DNA of 20,000 bases from an uncultured virus (IMG/VR IMGVR_UViG_3300037420_000914) (lineage: Duplodnaviria; Heunggongvirae; Uroviricota; Caudoviricetes), in IMG/VR virus record IMGVR_UViG_3300037420_000914; one strand, given 5' to 3'. Of this stretch, positions 1 to 6,900 are shown in pieces; the stretch's first letter is position 1; every line of letters begins with the position of its first letter. The notes beneath the pieces are model-generated. The model saw only the letters and a list, made by a program, of their open reading frames with translations, had not been told where the DNA came from and searched no databases. A program made the translations under genes and the position numbers.

Positions 1-6
1 GAATGC

Positions 7-978
7 TCATCGCATCAGGCCGGTTTCGAAATCGAGGTACTGCGGCTTGGCGTAGTGCGCCTCAAGGTATTGCTGCGACTCCTTGTCGAACCAGAACGCG
101 AAGCCGCCTTCCCATGGGTGGTTGCGCTGGCCAGCGATGCGAACAAACGAGTCCGGCGTTTCGCGCAACTCCTTCAGCCGTTGCTCTCGCTTTTGCTCGT
201 CCTTCTCGCGTTCTGCGGCGGAGATGTCCTCCGCCTTCTTCATGTTTTTGTAGACGATGACGATGTTGTCGGCCATGTCGGCGATCTCGCCGGCACCCTT
301 GATCGAGAACTTGTCTGGCGCGACCCTCTCGTTTTCGCCTTTCCGCGAATGGGCAACAAGGTGGATGTGCAGGCCGGTGTCGCGCGCGATCGTGCACAGC
401 GCGTCGACGAAGTCCTTCTGGCCTGTCAGGTCGTCGACGGCGATGCCGCACTTCATCAGGCTGTCGATGACGAAGTGGTCGACCTTGAGCTCCTTGCGTA
501 CGTAGCGCGCGAGCGCGAGCATTCGCGACGCGGCCACTCGGCCCAAGTGGTCGTAGATCCACAGTTTTCCGTCGGTCCACCGTGCGAAGCGCCGGATGAA
601 GTCCTGCGATGGCTTCTCGACACCTGCTGCTTGCTTCGTCATCTTGGCCATGGACTCGGCCGGCCGCATTTCCATCGACGCGATACATAGCCTCTTGTCG
701 CGCGTGAGCAGGTTCAGGCTGACGTGCGACAGCTTCGTCGTTTTGCCGTGCTTGTTCACGCCCGACCAGATCGTCACTTCCGCCTCGCGGAAGTCGAACT
801 TGCCGTGCATCTTCGAAAAACCGGTGGGCGTCCAGTGGTCAGAGTTGCCCGAGCCGTACAGGCGATCGACCACCGCATCAGCCCAACTCGATGCGGGCTT
901 GATCTTCGCCAGCTCCACGCCATGGTCTTCGGCGAAGTAGTGAGCATCGAAGTCGTCGTCGACGATGATTTCGCTCAT
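7..978 (-). CDS. SF4 replicative DNA helicase (DnaB/T7 gp4/Twinkle-like), no primase domain
   Basis: Walker A GVNKHGKTT, Walker B HFVIDSL, IHLVAHSRK and IKGAGEIADMADN motifs. Start placed at ATG 978, which overlaps the upstream stop (ATGA). Confidence 0.9.
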   Translation of the reverse strand: MSEIIVDDDFDAHYFAEDHGVELAKIKPASSWADAVVDRLYGSGNSDHWTPTGFSKMHGKFDFREAEVTIWSGVNKHGKTTKLSHVSLNLLTRDKRLCIASMEMRPAESMAKMTKQAAGVEKPSQDFIRRFARWTDGKLWIYDHLGRVAASRMLALARYVRKELKVDHFVIDSLMKCGIAVDDLTGQKDFVDALCTIARDTGLHIHLVAHSRKGENERVAPDKFSIKGAGEIADMADNIVIVYKNMKKAEDISAAEREKDEQKREQRLKELRETPDSFVRIAGQRNHPWEGGFAFWFDKESQQYLEAHYAKPQYLDFETGLMR

Positions 979-1445
979 AGCGTCGTGAATGCAGGGTGTT
1001 GGGCCAGCAGTGCGGCGCGCAGCTTCGCGCCAGTGCGTGTGCCGCCGTTGTTCGTCGGACACCAGCTGAAGGTGTGCTCGGCCGCGATCTCGCGAATGCG
1101 CGGCATGTGAAAGCCGTCGCCGACCTGCACGTCATGCACCTCACCGGTGGGTTTGCCGAATCGCAGGAACAGCGTGCGCGGTCTGGCACGAGCAATGTCG
1201 TCGGTTACGCGCAGGACGCGCGCCAGCGGGATCGTGCGATTGGCCCAGAGGTGAACATCGGCGTCGACCAGCATGCGCCAGTCCATGCGCTCGAGCGGCA
1301 TGTCGTCGCGCACGTATAGCGTGTCAGCCGCCTCGCTGAATTCCCCGCCGATCATGCTGACGACGACCGGCCCGGCTGGTGTGTAGCCCTGCCTGCGGGA
1401 GTCCAGCAGGTTGCGGGCGTTGGTGGCGTACCAAGGGCGCGGCAT
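975..1445 (-). CDS. Hypothetical protein between initiator and helicase
   Basis: 156-aa ORF translationally coupled at both ends (TGATG at 1443-1447, ATGA at 975-978). Confidence 0.75.
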   Translation of the reverse strand: MPRPWYATNARNLLDSRRQGYTPAGPVVVSMIGGEFSEAADTLYVRDDMPLERMDWRMLVDADVHLWANRTIPLARVLRVTDDIARARPRTLFLRFGKPTGEVHDVQVGDGFHMPRIREIAAEHTFSWCPTNNGGTRTGAKLRAALLAQHPAFTTL

Positions 1446-2176
1446 CAGTGAACCCCCTCGGTCCAGTCGCCCGCACCGTTCGCGGGCCGACTACCTCCGC
1501 CCTTTCCGGCGGATTTGCTGTCGTTGGCCTTGCGTAGCCAAGTGCGCCAGACCGCCTCCCAGTCCTTGCGTGGGTGCGCGAACTCCCAATCGCGCATGGC
1601 GTCGGTCTCGCGCCTCCAGTCGACGAGCGGCGCATGGGACTGCGCCCACGCGATCATCTCGGGCGTTACGCTGAAGCCTTCTGGACAGCGTTTGCTGCCG
1701 CGCGGCTCCGACGCGCGCTTAGAACCCGAAGGGTTCTTCTTCTCTTCTCTTCTCTTCTCTTCTCTAGCTAACGCATCTGTAACGCTAGATGCGTTACGGT
1801 CAGCGTTATCGTGACCGTTACTGGAACCGTTACCGCGATGGTTGGCGACTCGTTTTGCGGTCTGAGCTCGTGCTTTTGCACTAGCTCCGTTGTGCCGATC
1901 GAACTTTTCGAGCGCGACGCCTTGGTCGTCCAAGTGCAGCCAGCCAGCGTCAGCGACTGCTCGCGCGAATCCTGAAACGCCGATGATCGAATCCAGCAAC
2001 GGTGCTGTAACGCCGCGAGCGTTACCGCTGGTCGTGTGCTGATCGAACCAGCGGAACAAGCGCATCAACTTCCCGACGGTCTTGTCCGGGTCATCCCAGC
2101 CCAGCCGCGCCGTGATGGCCAGCACCTCCGGCTTTTCGGGCAGGTTGCACTCGAACTTGATCCAGTCGCCGGCCAT
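1445..2176 (-). CDS. Phage replication initiator (O-like/replisome organiser)
   Basis: N-terminal MAGDWIK domain, low-complexity central linker with REEKRREEKK, C-terminal DWxAxWRTW domain, internal iteron-like repeats, position upstream of the helicase. Confidence 0.8.
   Translation of the reverse strand: MAGDWIKFECNLPEKPEVLAITARLGWDDPDKTVGKLMRLFRWFDQHTTSGNARGVTAPLLDSIIGVSGFARAVADAGWLHLDDQGVALEKFDRHNGASAKARAQTAKRVANHRGNGSSNGHDNADRNASSVTDALAREEKRREEKKNPSGSKRASEPRGSKRCPEGFSVTPEMIAWAQSHAPLVDWRRETDAMRDWEFAHPRKDWEAVWRTWLRKANDSKSAGKGGGSRPANGAGDWTEGVH
1734..1833. repeat. Putative phage replication origin (iterons plus pyrimidine tract)
   Basis: CGTTAY at 1792, 1804, 1816, 1828 (exact 12-bp period); perfect inverted repeat TAACGCATCT 1769-1778 / AGATGCGTTA 1787-1796; (TTCTC)n tract at about 1734-1765. 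Confidence 0.75.
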
Positions 2177-2458
2177 TTACCGCGCTCCCACCTCAAGCAG
2201 CCGCAGCAGCCAGAAGTCCGCCTCGCCGGCGTCCATGAAGTTGCTGTCGGCTTTCCAGCGCGCGAGAGCTTCTTCACGTTGCGTGCGGCAGTACGCCGCA
2301 TACCGCTCGCGCTCGTCGTCGTCGTTGAAGTGCAGTAGGCCCATGCCTACGGCGTGAAGCGGTGTGCTCCGACCTGCTGCGGATGACAAGGCGGCATCAT
2401 CCAAACAGGAGTAGTACGTCTGTCCCGCGTTCGCGGGGAACTCTTGACGGGCGGACAT
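2177..2458 (-). CDS. Hypothetical protein
   Basis: 93-aa ORF abutting the initiator start; its 3' end provides a GAGGTGGGAG SD for the next gene. Confidence 0.6.
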   Translation of the reverse strand: MSARQEFPANAGQTYYSCLDDAALSSAAGRSTPLHAVGMGLLHFNDDDERERYAAYCRTQREEALARWKADSNFMDAGEADFWLLRLLEVGAR

Positions 2459-2477
2459 GGGGCGGTGTCCGGTGCCG

Positions 2478-2825
2478 TTAGAAGCTCAGGCTCTTGTAGC
2501 GCTTGTGGTCGTCACCGCCCTTGCGCGGGCAGACCCACGGCGTGGGCTGCCAGGTCGGCTGATTCGCGGCGTGATGCTGACGCGTGCAGGCGAAGGAGGT
2601 CGGGCGGTTGATCTCGTCCAAGCCCGCTTCCGTGATCTCGGCGCGGTCGTCGTCGTGGTGAACGAGCAAGCCGTCCTGCTCCATCTCGGCTACGTAGCGG
2701 CGAATGATCGTGGGGTGGATCTGCACATCCGCGTGGGCGCGGGTGTCCTTGTGCGTGAAGTCCTTGACCGCGCGTGGGCCTTTGGTGAGGGCGCGCAGGA
2801 GACGGTGTTTCTGCTCAGTGGACAT
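2478..2825 (-). CDS. Hypothetical protein, possible winged-helix DNA-binding protein
   Basis: SD AAGGA; segment TIIRRYVAEMEQDGLL...AEITEAG resembles a wHTH recognition helix plus wing. Confidence 0.6.
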   Translation of the reverse strand: MSTEQKHRLLRALTKGPRAVKDFTHKDTRAHADVQIHPTIIRRYVAEMEQDGLLVHHDDDRAEITEAGLDEINRPTSFACTRQHHAANQPTWQPTPWVCPRKGGDDHKRYKSLSF

Positions 2826-3207
2826 GGGGTACTTCCTTGGGGTTGACGTAGCCGCCGGTCGAGAACGCGGGCAGCTGCGGGGCGAACAACTCTTTGACGT
2901 CCTTGGCCTTGACGCCGTCTGGCTTCCACGGCTGGAGGCATTCGTCGGCGATGGCGGTGACGGTCACTGGATGGCCGGCTCGGAACAGATACCCGGCCCA
3001 GATGAAGTCGGCGGTGGGGGTGAAACGCTGCGGCGGCTCGATCTGCCACTTGCCCTCGGGTATGACCTTGACCGTCTTGACGGCGCGGCCATTCAGAACA
3101 ACGGCACCCGGGACCGGGGCGTTGTCGTTGATGCCCTGAATCCAAGCCATCCCGTTTTTGCGGTTGCGCAGCTTGCGGCCGAAGAAGAAGTCAATCAGGC
3201 GCTTCAC
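2815..3207 (-). CDS. Hypothetical protein
   Basis: GTG 3207 overlaps the upstream TGA (GTGA); ORF end overlaps the next gene start. Confidence 0.65.
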   Translation of the reverse strand: MKRLIDFFFGRKLRNRKNGMAWIQGINDNAPVPGAVVLNGRAVKTVKVIPEGKWQIEPPQRFTPTADFIWAGYLFRAGHPVTVTAIADECLQPWKPDGVKAKDVKELFAPQLPAFSTGGYVNPKEVPHVH

Positions 3208-3407
3208 GCGGACCTCTCGCAGTCGTCGCAATCGGCGCTCTCGGCCAGGAGCCAGCGCTCGAAGTCGACCTTCCAGCAGCGCGCCGCGACTGAGCCAGCC
3301 GGGTACGGGTTTGTCGGAATCGGCATGTCCGGATTCGCCACCCAGACGCGGGCCGATTCATGCGCCTGCTCGGAGATGAGCTGGCGAGAGACGATGGGCT
3401 CGTTCAT
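3204..3407 (-). CDS. Hypothetical protein
   Basis: 67-aa ORF, coupled by ATGA and GTGA overlaps; NPYP motif. Confidence 0.65.
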   Translation of the reverse strand: MNEPIVSRQLISEQAHESARVWVANPDMPIPTNPYPAGSVAARCWKVDFERWLLAESADCDDCERSA

Positions 3408-3601
3408 GCGACAGCCCTCTTCCAGCGCGCCAGAAGGGGCGCGTCGTCGTTGGGTTCGTGGATGCGGATGCCGATGGCCTCGAAGGCGGCTCGGGCTTTT
3501 TCGGTCAGCGGCTGCATGCGCTCGCGCTCACCCCTTTGTTGGCGGGGCTTGTGTGCGAGGCGTTGTTCGTTGTTGCAGGCCGGGGCGAGCGGCTTTTCCA
3601 T
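3404..3601 (-). CDS. Hypothetical protein
   Basis: 65-aa ORF, GGAGGA SD, starts immediately after the cII-like stop. Confidence 0.6.
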   Translation of the reverse strand: MEKPLAPACNNEQRLAHKPRQQRGERERMQPLTEKARAAFEAIGIRIHEPNDDAPLLARWKRAVA

Positions 3602-4000
3602 CTATCCTCCGTTGGCAGCTTGTCCGAGAAGAATGCGGCGATAGGCTGCGTTCTCTTCGCGCAGCTTTCGGTTCTCGCGCTCGATTTCTGTTTCGCGCTT
3701 GTGCAGGCTGGAGAGCTCGTAGCCGCGCGCGTGCAGCATCCACAGCAGCGGGGCGTCGTTCCCGCAGGCGTCCATCAGCCCGCAGAACTTGTCCCACTTG
3801 ATGCCTTCGGCGCCCTGCTTCCAGCGCGTCAGTTGCGTGGCATCGACCTTGACTCCGTGCTTGGCTAGCGCAGCCTCCAGCTCCTTGTCGTAGCTGTATC
3901 CGGCCAACTCGGCGCAATACTCGATCGCGCGGCCTAGAGAAGCCTTGCGGACCACCTCCGAGAGGGGCACTTCCACAGCCAGTAAGGACGGCTGGCTCAT
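3602..4000 (-). CDS. CII-like transcriptional regulator
   Basis: Downstream of cro; HTH-like VDATQLTRWKQG; C-terminal coiled coil; GAGGGG SD before ATG 4000 (alternative start 4045); adjacent TTGC-N6-TTGC site. Confidence 0.65.
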   Translation of the reverse strand: MSQPSLLAVEVPLSEVVRKASLGRAIEYCAELAGYSYDKELEAALAKHGVKVDATQLTRWKQGAEGIKWDKFCGLMDACGNDAPLLWMLHARGYELSSLHKRETEIERENRKLREENAAYRRILLGQAANGG

Positions 4001-4034
4001 CAGTTGAGCCCCCTCGCAAGCCGCCGCAGAAAGA

Positions 4035-4068
4035 TTGCGTGGCATTGCGTGGTCTTCGCGAGCAAAAT
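4035..4068 (+). promoter_or_regulatory. PRE-like CII-activated promoter
   Basis: TTGC-GTGGCA-TTGC at 4035-4048 pointing toward cI; candidate -10 CAAAAT 4063-4068. Confidence 0.6.
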
Positions 4069-4096
4069 TTTTTGCATGTGCCAGCACGGGATTGCC

Positions 4097-4228
4097 TCAG
4101 TCCACCGTTACAGTCGAGCCAGCCAAACGACAGCCAGCGGCGCAGCCATGCCGCAGGCCGAACGACTCATGCCCGAAAAGCTGCGCGCTGCGCTGCGCGC
4201 GAAGAAGATCGACCTTGGTGAATTCCAT
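4097..4228 (-). CDS. Small hypothetical protein (43 aa, MEFTKVDLLRAQRSAQLFGH...)
   Basis: Read by hand; GAGGGA SD overlapping the cro stop; fills the gap between cro and the cII-like gene. Confidence 0.45.
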   Translation of the reverse strand: MEFTKVDLLRAQRSAQLFGHESFGLRHGCAAGCRLAGSTVTVD

Positions 4229-4237
4229 CGCCGTCCC

Positions 4238-4501
4238 TCAAGCCTTGGCGGCGCGCGACTTGCGCGGTGCAGGCAGTGGCACCTCGCCATAGACGTGGTT
4301 CATGGTCAGAGCCAGTCCACGGGCGGCGGCGAACTCAATGAGCTTTCGCGCCGTTGCCGGAAGCACCGTCTGCCCTTTGTCCAAGAGAGACACGTTGGCC
4401 TGCGTGCAACCGAGCGCGTCGGCCATCTCGTGCTGGGTGGCCCCCAGCCTTTCCCGGATCGACTTGAAAACGACCTCGTCGTGGTGATTTGGGGTGCCCA
4501 T
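4238..4501 (-). CDS. cro: Cro-like XRE-family HTH regulator
   Basis: IRERLGATQHEMADALGCTQANVSLLDKG HTH; divergent from the repressor. Confidence 0.85.
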   Translation of the reverse strand: MGTPNHHDEVVFKSIRERLGATQHEMADALGCTQANVSLLDKGQTVLPATARKLIEFAAARGLALTMNHVYGEVPLPAPRKSRAAKA

Positions 4502-4507
4502 GCAGCG

Positions 4508-4546
4508 AGCATAAAAGCATGCCTTGAATTAATCAAGGAAAACTTG
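4508..4546 (-). promoter_or_regulatory. PR-like promoter with overlapping operator
   Basis: Minus strand -35 TTGATT (4536-4531), 17 bp, -10 TATGCT (4513-4508); dyad CCTTGA-N5-TCAAGG at 4522-4538. Confidence 0.8.
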
Positions 4547-4572
4547 TGAGCGAGCGATACAACCGCCCGCGC

Positions 4573-5025
4573 ATGACTGTGTGGGAAATCATCGAACTGA
4601 CCATGAACCGGATGGTTCCGCGCCGCGACCAGAAGTGGCTGGCTGCGGAATTGGGCGTTACCGCGGCGGCGATCCACGAATGGAAAAAGACCCGCGTGCC
4701 CCCGGCGCGGTATCGGGCGATCGCCGAAAAGATTCACATCTCGATCGACCAACTTGAGGGCCTTGAGCCGCTTCCCTGGGACAGGGGCTGGCCGTTCCCC
4801 GACATCGAGCAGGACCGCTTCTGGCAATTAGGGGTCAAGGAGCGCGACCAGGTCCAGGCCAAGGTGCTTGAGCTGATCGAACAACTAGAGCAGGCCCGCC
4901 AACGAAGCCAGGGCGGGCAAATTGGCGTGTCAGGCACTCACCTCTTCGGAGAAGTGAGGTCGCCTGCCCCGAGCAACACAAATTCCACGAAGAAGACAAA
5001 AAAGCCACGAAAGCCTCGCGGCTGA
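4573..5025 (+). CDS. CI-like phage repressor (HTH, no S24 peptidase domain)
   Basis: DQKWLAAELGVTAAAIHEWKKTRVP HTH; divergent from cro; start ATG 4573 (alternative GTG 4546). Confidence 0.8.
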   Translation: MTVWEIIELTMNRMVPRRDQKWLAAELGVTAAAIHEWKKTRVPPARYRAIAEKIHISIDQLEGLEPLPWDRGWPFPDIEQDRFWQLGVKERDQVQAKVLELIEQLEQARQRSQGGQIGVSGTHLFGEVRSPAPSNTNSTKKTKKPRKPRG

Positions 5026-5130
5026 TGGAATAAATCTGAGAAACCCTACTGACGCGCCCTAGTTCCACCGTGGGCCTTGCAGTCTGGCTTGAGCCGACCT
5101 ACAACTGACCCCCCACGAAAGGGGGTGGCG

Positions 5131-5400
5131 ATGACGGTAGTAGTTCCTTTTGAGACAGCGCGCGACCGGGAAATGGTCGCCTCCCTGCGGCAGCTCCTTG
5201 AGATCGCCGAGAAGGGCGAACTGCGCGGGTTTGAGTTTTCGGTCGAGGACATTCGAGGCAGGGAGAAGTTCTGCGCGTTGGGCAGCTACAAGCGGCGTCC
5301 ATCGCATGGAGCGCAGGCCGCCATGCGGCTTGCGATGCGCATGGCGAGCCTGGAAGACAAGCGCCAAGAAGAAGACGGGACCGTTCCGGGTTTCTACTGA
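5131..5400 (+). CDS. Hypothetical protein in the immunity region
   Basis: 89-aa ORF with G-rich SD; candidate promoter TTGCAG(5077)-17-TACAAC(5100); followed by a terminator. Confidence 0.7.
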   Translation: MTVVVPFETARDREMVASLRQLLEIAEKGELRGFEFSVEDIRGREKFCALGSYKRRPSHGAQAAMRLAMRMASLEDKRQEEDGTVPGFY

Positions 5401-5422
5401 GAGGGGCAAGCCCCACGCGATC

Positions 5423-5445
5423 AAGCCGCCTTCTGGCGGCTTTTT
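5423..5445 (+). terminator. Intrinsic terminator
   Basis: AAGCCGCC-TTCT-GGCGGCTT hairpin running into a T tract. Confidence 0.85.
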
Positions 5446-5490
5446 GCTGCCCGCGCGAACGTGACCGGTTGCGAAATTTGAGGCAGAAAA

Positions 5491-5529
5491 CAAGTTTTCC
5501 TTGATTTGTTCAAGTTCTGCTCGTATGCT
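5491..5529 (+). promoter_or_regulatory. PL-like promoter with overlapping operator
   Basis: -35 TTGATT 5501-5506, 17 bp, -10 TATGCT 5524-5529; 5491-5514 matches the reverse complement of 4523-4546 at 22/24 positions. Confidence 0.8.
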
Positions 5530-5575
5530 TCCCTGACTCCAGCGAATTCCCGCTGGCCAGCAACAGGAGCAGACG

Positions 5576-5812
5576 GTGAGTCACTACCTTGAGCAGTTGA
5601 TCGGCGCCGAGCGCCGGGCGATGTGCCTCGCCAACGACGCTCTCCTGTCCATCCCCAAGGAAAGCGCGACTTGCGAGATCACGGTCATTCGCTTCGGCGA
5701 AGGCCAGTGCCGCAGGAGCTTTCCGAATCCCGTCGAAGCCGACAGCTACGCGCATGAACAGCGGGCGCTTGGCCGCGTGGTGATCTACGGGTCTGCGCTG
5801 GCGCTGGCATGA
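5576..5812 (+). CDS. Hypothetical protein, first gene of the PL-like operon
   Basis: GTG start, AGGAG SD, ATGA overlap with next gene. Confidence 0.7.
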   Translation: MSHYLEQLIGAERRAMCLANDALLSIPKESATCEITVIRFGEGQCRRSFPNPVEADSYAHEQRALGRVVIYGSALALA

Positions 5813-6129
5813 ACGCGCAGCACACGCTCGGGCGCGACGAAACGCAGATGCACACGCCTACTGCGCAAGACATGACGCGAGCTGGCGACTTGCTCTCAGC
5901 CCTTGAAGACGAAATGCGCGCCGGATTCAGCGGCACGTTTACGAAGCGCGAGCATGCCTTTGCTCTCGCGATGGGCTGCTTGGAGGGCTGGCTCTCTGTG
6001 GCCTCCACGCGCGGCCAAGTGCGCAAGACGCTCGCGCATGACATCAAACTCGCGCGGCAGCGCTTCGAGGACTGCGGCGTTTCTGTCCCGGCCTATCTCG
6101 TCGTCAAGTCCAGCGGAGATGCCGCATGA
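5809..6129 (+). CDS. Hypothetical protein
   Basis: 106 aa, ATGA overlaps at both ends. Confidence 0.7.
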   Translation: MNAQHTLGRDETQMHTPTAQDMTRAGDLLSALEDEMRAGFSGTFTKREHAFALAMGCLEGWLSVASTRGQVRKTLAHDIKLARQRFEDCGVSVPAYLVVKSSGDAA

Positions 6130-6245
6130 ACTACACCCGCATCAAGCGCATCGTCCTTCGCGCGATCCGCAACTTCCTTGAGAGCCTGAAGCCCCCCGGA
6201 GGCGGCGGAGGCGGCGGTCATCCTTCGATGGCGGGTGCGGCATGA
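6126..6245 (+). CDS. Small hypothetical protein (39 aa, MNYTRIKRIVLRAIRNFLESLKPPGGGGGGGHPSMAGAA)
   Basis: Read by hand; GGAG SD; ATGA overlaps at both ends. Confidence 0.6.
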   Translation: MNYTRIKRIVLRAIRNFLESLKPPGGGGGGGHPSMAGAA

Positions 6246-6442
6246 ACGGCCTGCACATCACCCACATCGCCCCCACCACGCTTGCGCAGGCGGTCGACGA
6301 GGAAGACGACGAGCCCGAGCCCCTGCCCTGCCCCGAATGCGAGGGCACCGGCCTGACCGGAGGCACGCCCTGCTTGAACTGCGATGGGCGCGCGTTTCTT
6401 CATCCAGTCACGGGCGAGGCATGGAAGGACGAAACGCAATGA
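6242..6442 (+). CDS. Small protein with DnaJ-type CxxCxGxG zinc finger
   Basis: CPECEGTG...CLNCDG motifs. Confidence 0.7.
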   Translation: MNGLHITHIAPTTLAQAVDEEDDEPEPLPCPECEGTGLTGGTPCLNCDGRAFLHPVTGEAWKDETQ

Positions 6443-6618
6443 CCCGCTACCAGCGCCTTCGCCGAGCCGTGCAGCTGTTTCGCTCCGATCTCGTCCCGCG
6501 AGAGGTGCGTCGCGCGAATGCAAGACAGTGGCTCATGAAAACCGAGGAACTCGGAGACAAGTCCGTTCTTCGCGGCGGTGAAGTGCGCTGGGGCATCAAC
6601 CTTCAAGGAGCGAAGTGA
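6439..6618 (+). CDS. Hypothetical phage protein
   Basis: 59 aa, AAGGA SD, ATGA overlap. Confidence 0.7.
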   Translation: MTRYQRLRRAVQLFRSDLVPREVRRANARQWLMKTEELGDKSVLRGGEVRWGINLQGAK

Positions 6619-6848
6619 TGAACACCGACAACGCCATCGCCGGCCGCGACCTGCACCGCATTCACAGCCTGTGCGATGCGTGCGAAACGGCAGCGCACTG
6701 CCGCAGGCATGGATGCATCCCGGCTGTCGACGAAGCCGCCGACAAGCCGCTGATCACTCCCGAGCAGGCCATGGGCGGAGTGCCCTTGTGGCTGCTGGTA
6801 GTCGTCGCCGCTTTCGTTTGTTTCGTCTATGTGGTCACGAAGACCTAA
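6615..6848 (+). CDS. Cys-cluster protein with C-terminal transmembrane helix
   Basis: LCDACETAAHCRRHGC plus hydrophobic LWLLVVVAAFVCFVYVV; AAGGAG SD. Confidence 0.7.
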   Translation: MMNTDNAIAGRDLHRIHSLCDACETAAHCRRHGCIPAVDEAADKPLITPEQAMGGVPLWLLVVVAAFVCFVYVVTKT

Positions 6849-6900
6849 CCCCCACACCGCCACCCAACAGGCGAGATAACCCCTAAAGGAGCAAGAGAGC

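Noticed and set aside
979..1062. N-terminal extension of the helicase in the ORF track
   Set aside because: Overlaps the upstream gene; ATG 978 gives a canonical ATGA coupling
1734..1765. (TTCTC)n as a phase-variable microsatellite
   Set aside because: Encodes the REEKRREEK linker in frame, next to the iterons; no evidence of a frameshift
2704..3801. 365-aa plus-strand ORF and similar antisense ORFs (55-690, 9854-10657, 18208-19113)
   Set aside because: Opposite to well-supported coupled genes; Arg-rich, motif-less translations
4004..4549. 181-aa plus-strand ORF across cro
   Set aside because: Antisense to the clear cro HTH gene and runs through the operator; no recognisable domain
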